A stretch of DNA of 64,000 nt from Leptolyngbyaceae cyanobacterium (GTDB taxonomy: Bacteria > Cyanobacteriota > Cyanobacteriia > Phormidesmidales > Phormidesmidaceae). Position numbers and translations under genes: made by a program. The notes below the pieces were generated by a model. It was not told the origin of the DNA. It saw only the letters and a program-made list of their open reading frames with translations, and ran no database searches. Where the stretch lies: assembly GCA_965263355.1 (NCBI GenBank), contig CBDHHL010000056.1, positions 1,888,001-1,952,000 of the forward strand, written 5' to 3'. Positions 63,347 through 64,000 of this stretch are shown one piece after another (within the stretch, counting starts at the first letter, position 1; each line of letters starts with the position of its first letter).

Positions 63347-64000
63347 CAGATTTGTGTGAGTTTCCCCACTCTCTGGACTATACCTTCACCTTGGGCAAAT
63401 GCCTTTAGGTGGTAGCCGTCTAGTCTCTACACCTTCTTAGCCATCGATGCTTAATCAACAGCACTCAGCCGTCAATTATTACATTGTCCACTTGACTGAG
63501 CTTGGCTCGGTATTGCCATGAAGTGTCGCTACTGCGGTCAGCTAACAACCAATCCAATGTTTTGCAATCGCTCTTGTGCAGCATCTTTTAACAATAAGAA
63601 AGTGCCGAAAAAACGCAAACAACAAAAGTACTGTAAACATTGTAGAGTCCCAGTCTTCGGTAGACGAACTACCTGTGATAACTGCAACCCATCGTATGTA
63701 GATTGGACGAAAGTTACCCTAGGAGAAGTTAAACAAAAAGCATCTTTTCAGTATTCTGCAAGAGTCAGACAGCTTGCTCGAAAGCTTTACCGTCAGTCAC
63801 ACAAACCACAAGAATGCCTAATTTGCAGCTACGACAAGCATTTTGAAGTTTGCCATAGACGAGCAATCAATGAGTTTCCTGATGATGCTTTCATCGCAGA
63901 AGTCAATGACTTAGACAATCTGGTTGCTCTTTGTCCCAATCACCATTGGGAACTTGACCACAATCACCTCACTTTTTAGGTTTCACCGACTTTGACTACA
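63347..64000 (-). ncRNA. group I self-splicing intron (5' end beyond the window)
   Basis: P3 GTAGTC/GGCTAC, P4 TCGGT/ACCGA, Q GGCAATACCGAGCCAAG, R GTAGAGACTA, S AAGGTATAGTCC (P7 GACTA/TAGTC), P8 CACCT/AGGTG, P9 GTGGG-GAAA-CTCAC, terminal G at 63347. Confidence 0.93.
63518..63979 (+). CDS. Zn-finger HNH endonuclease, putative homing endonuclease, antisense within the intron
   Basis: N-terminal Cys pairs (CRYC, CNRSC, CKHC, CDNC), then CLIC...EVCH...NDLDNLVALCPNHH. Confidence 0.88.
   Translation: MKCRYCGQLTTNPMFCNRSCAASFNNKKVPKKRKQQKYCKHCRVPVFGRRTTCDNCNPSYVDWTKVTLGEVKQKASFQYSARVRQLARKLYRQSHKPQECLICSYDKHFEVCHRRAINEFPDDAFIAEVNDLDNLVALCPNHHWELDHNHLTF

Overview
Cyanobacterial chromosomal window, judged from about 23 HIP1 GCGATCGC octamers counted by eye and from petCA, ycf37, ycf23 and cyanobacterial-type pilB and thiE. 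Most of it is conserved housekeeping: mnmE, ssb, mreBCD, dtd, a COG0523 GTPase, rpmI-rplT, prs, petC-petA, cysS, grpE-dnaK-dnaJ-tusA-like-rsgA, pilB-pilT-pilC and thiE-thiS. Highlights: (1) at the right edge, a minus-strand tRNA, most likely Arg(CCU), is split by a group I intron whose P5 loop holds a Zn-finger HNH endonuclease gene on the opposite strand. The tRNA 3' end is duplicated 709 bp downstream around a lone XRE-HTH gene, like an integrase-less island remnant. (2) A glnA-type glutamine riboswitch and an NtcA box precede a DUF4278 protein with a PirA-like tail. (3) A reduced Pap-like operon (two V4R proteins, two phycobiliprotein-fold proteins lacking the bilin Cys, a Ser/Thr kinase) has no ferredoxin genes. 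(4) A tandem pair of paralogous coiled-coil proteins has no recognisable function. (5) A HEPN pseudogene is split by a 139-bp MITE with an 8-bp target duplication. (6) Several small palindromic repeat families occur, one placed right after consecutive stop codons in a Uma2 region. All family assignments come from motif recognition by eye, not database searches.
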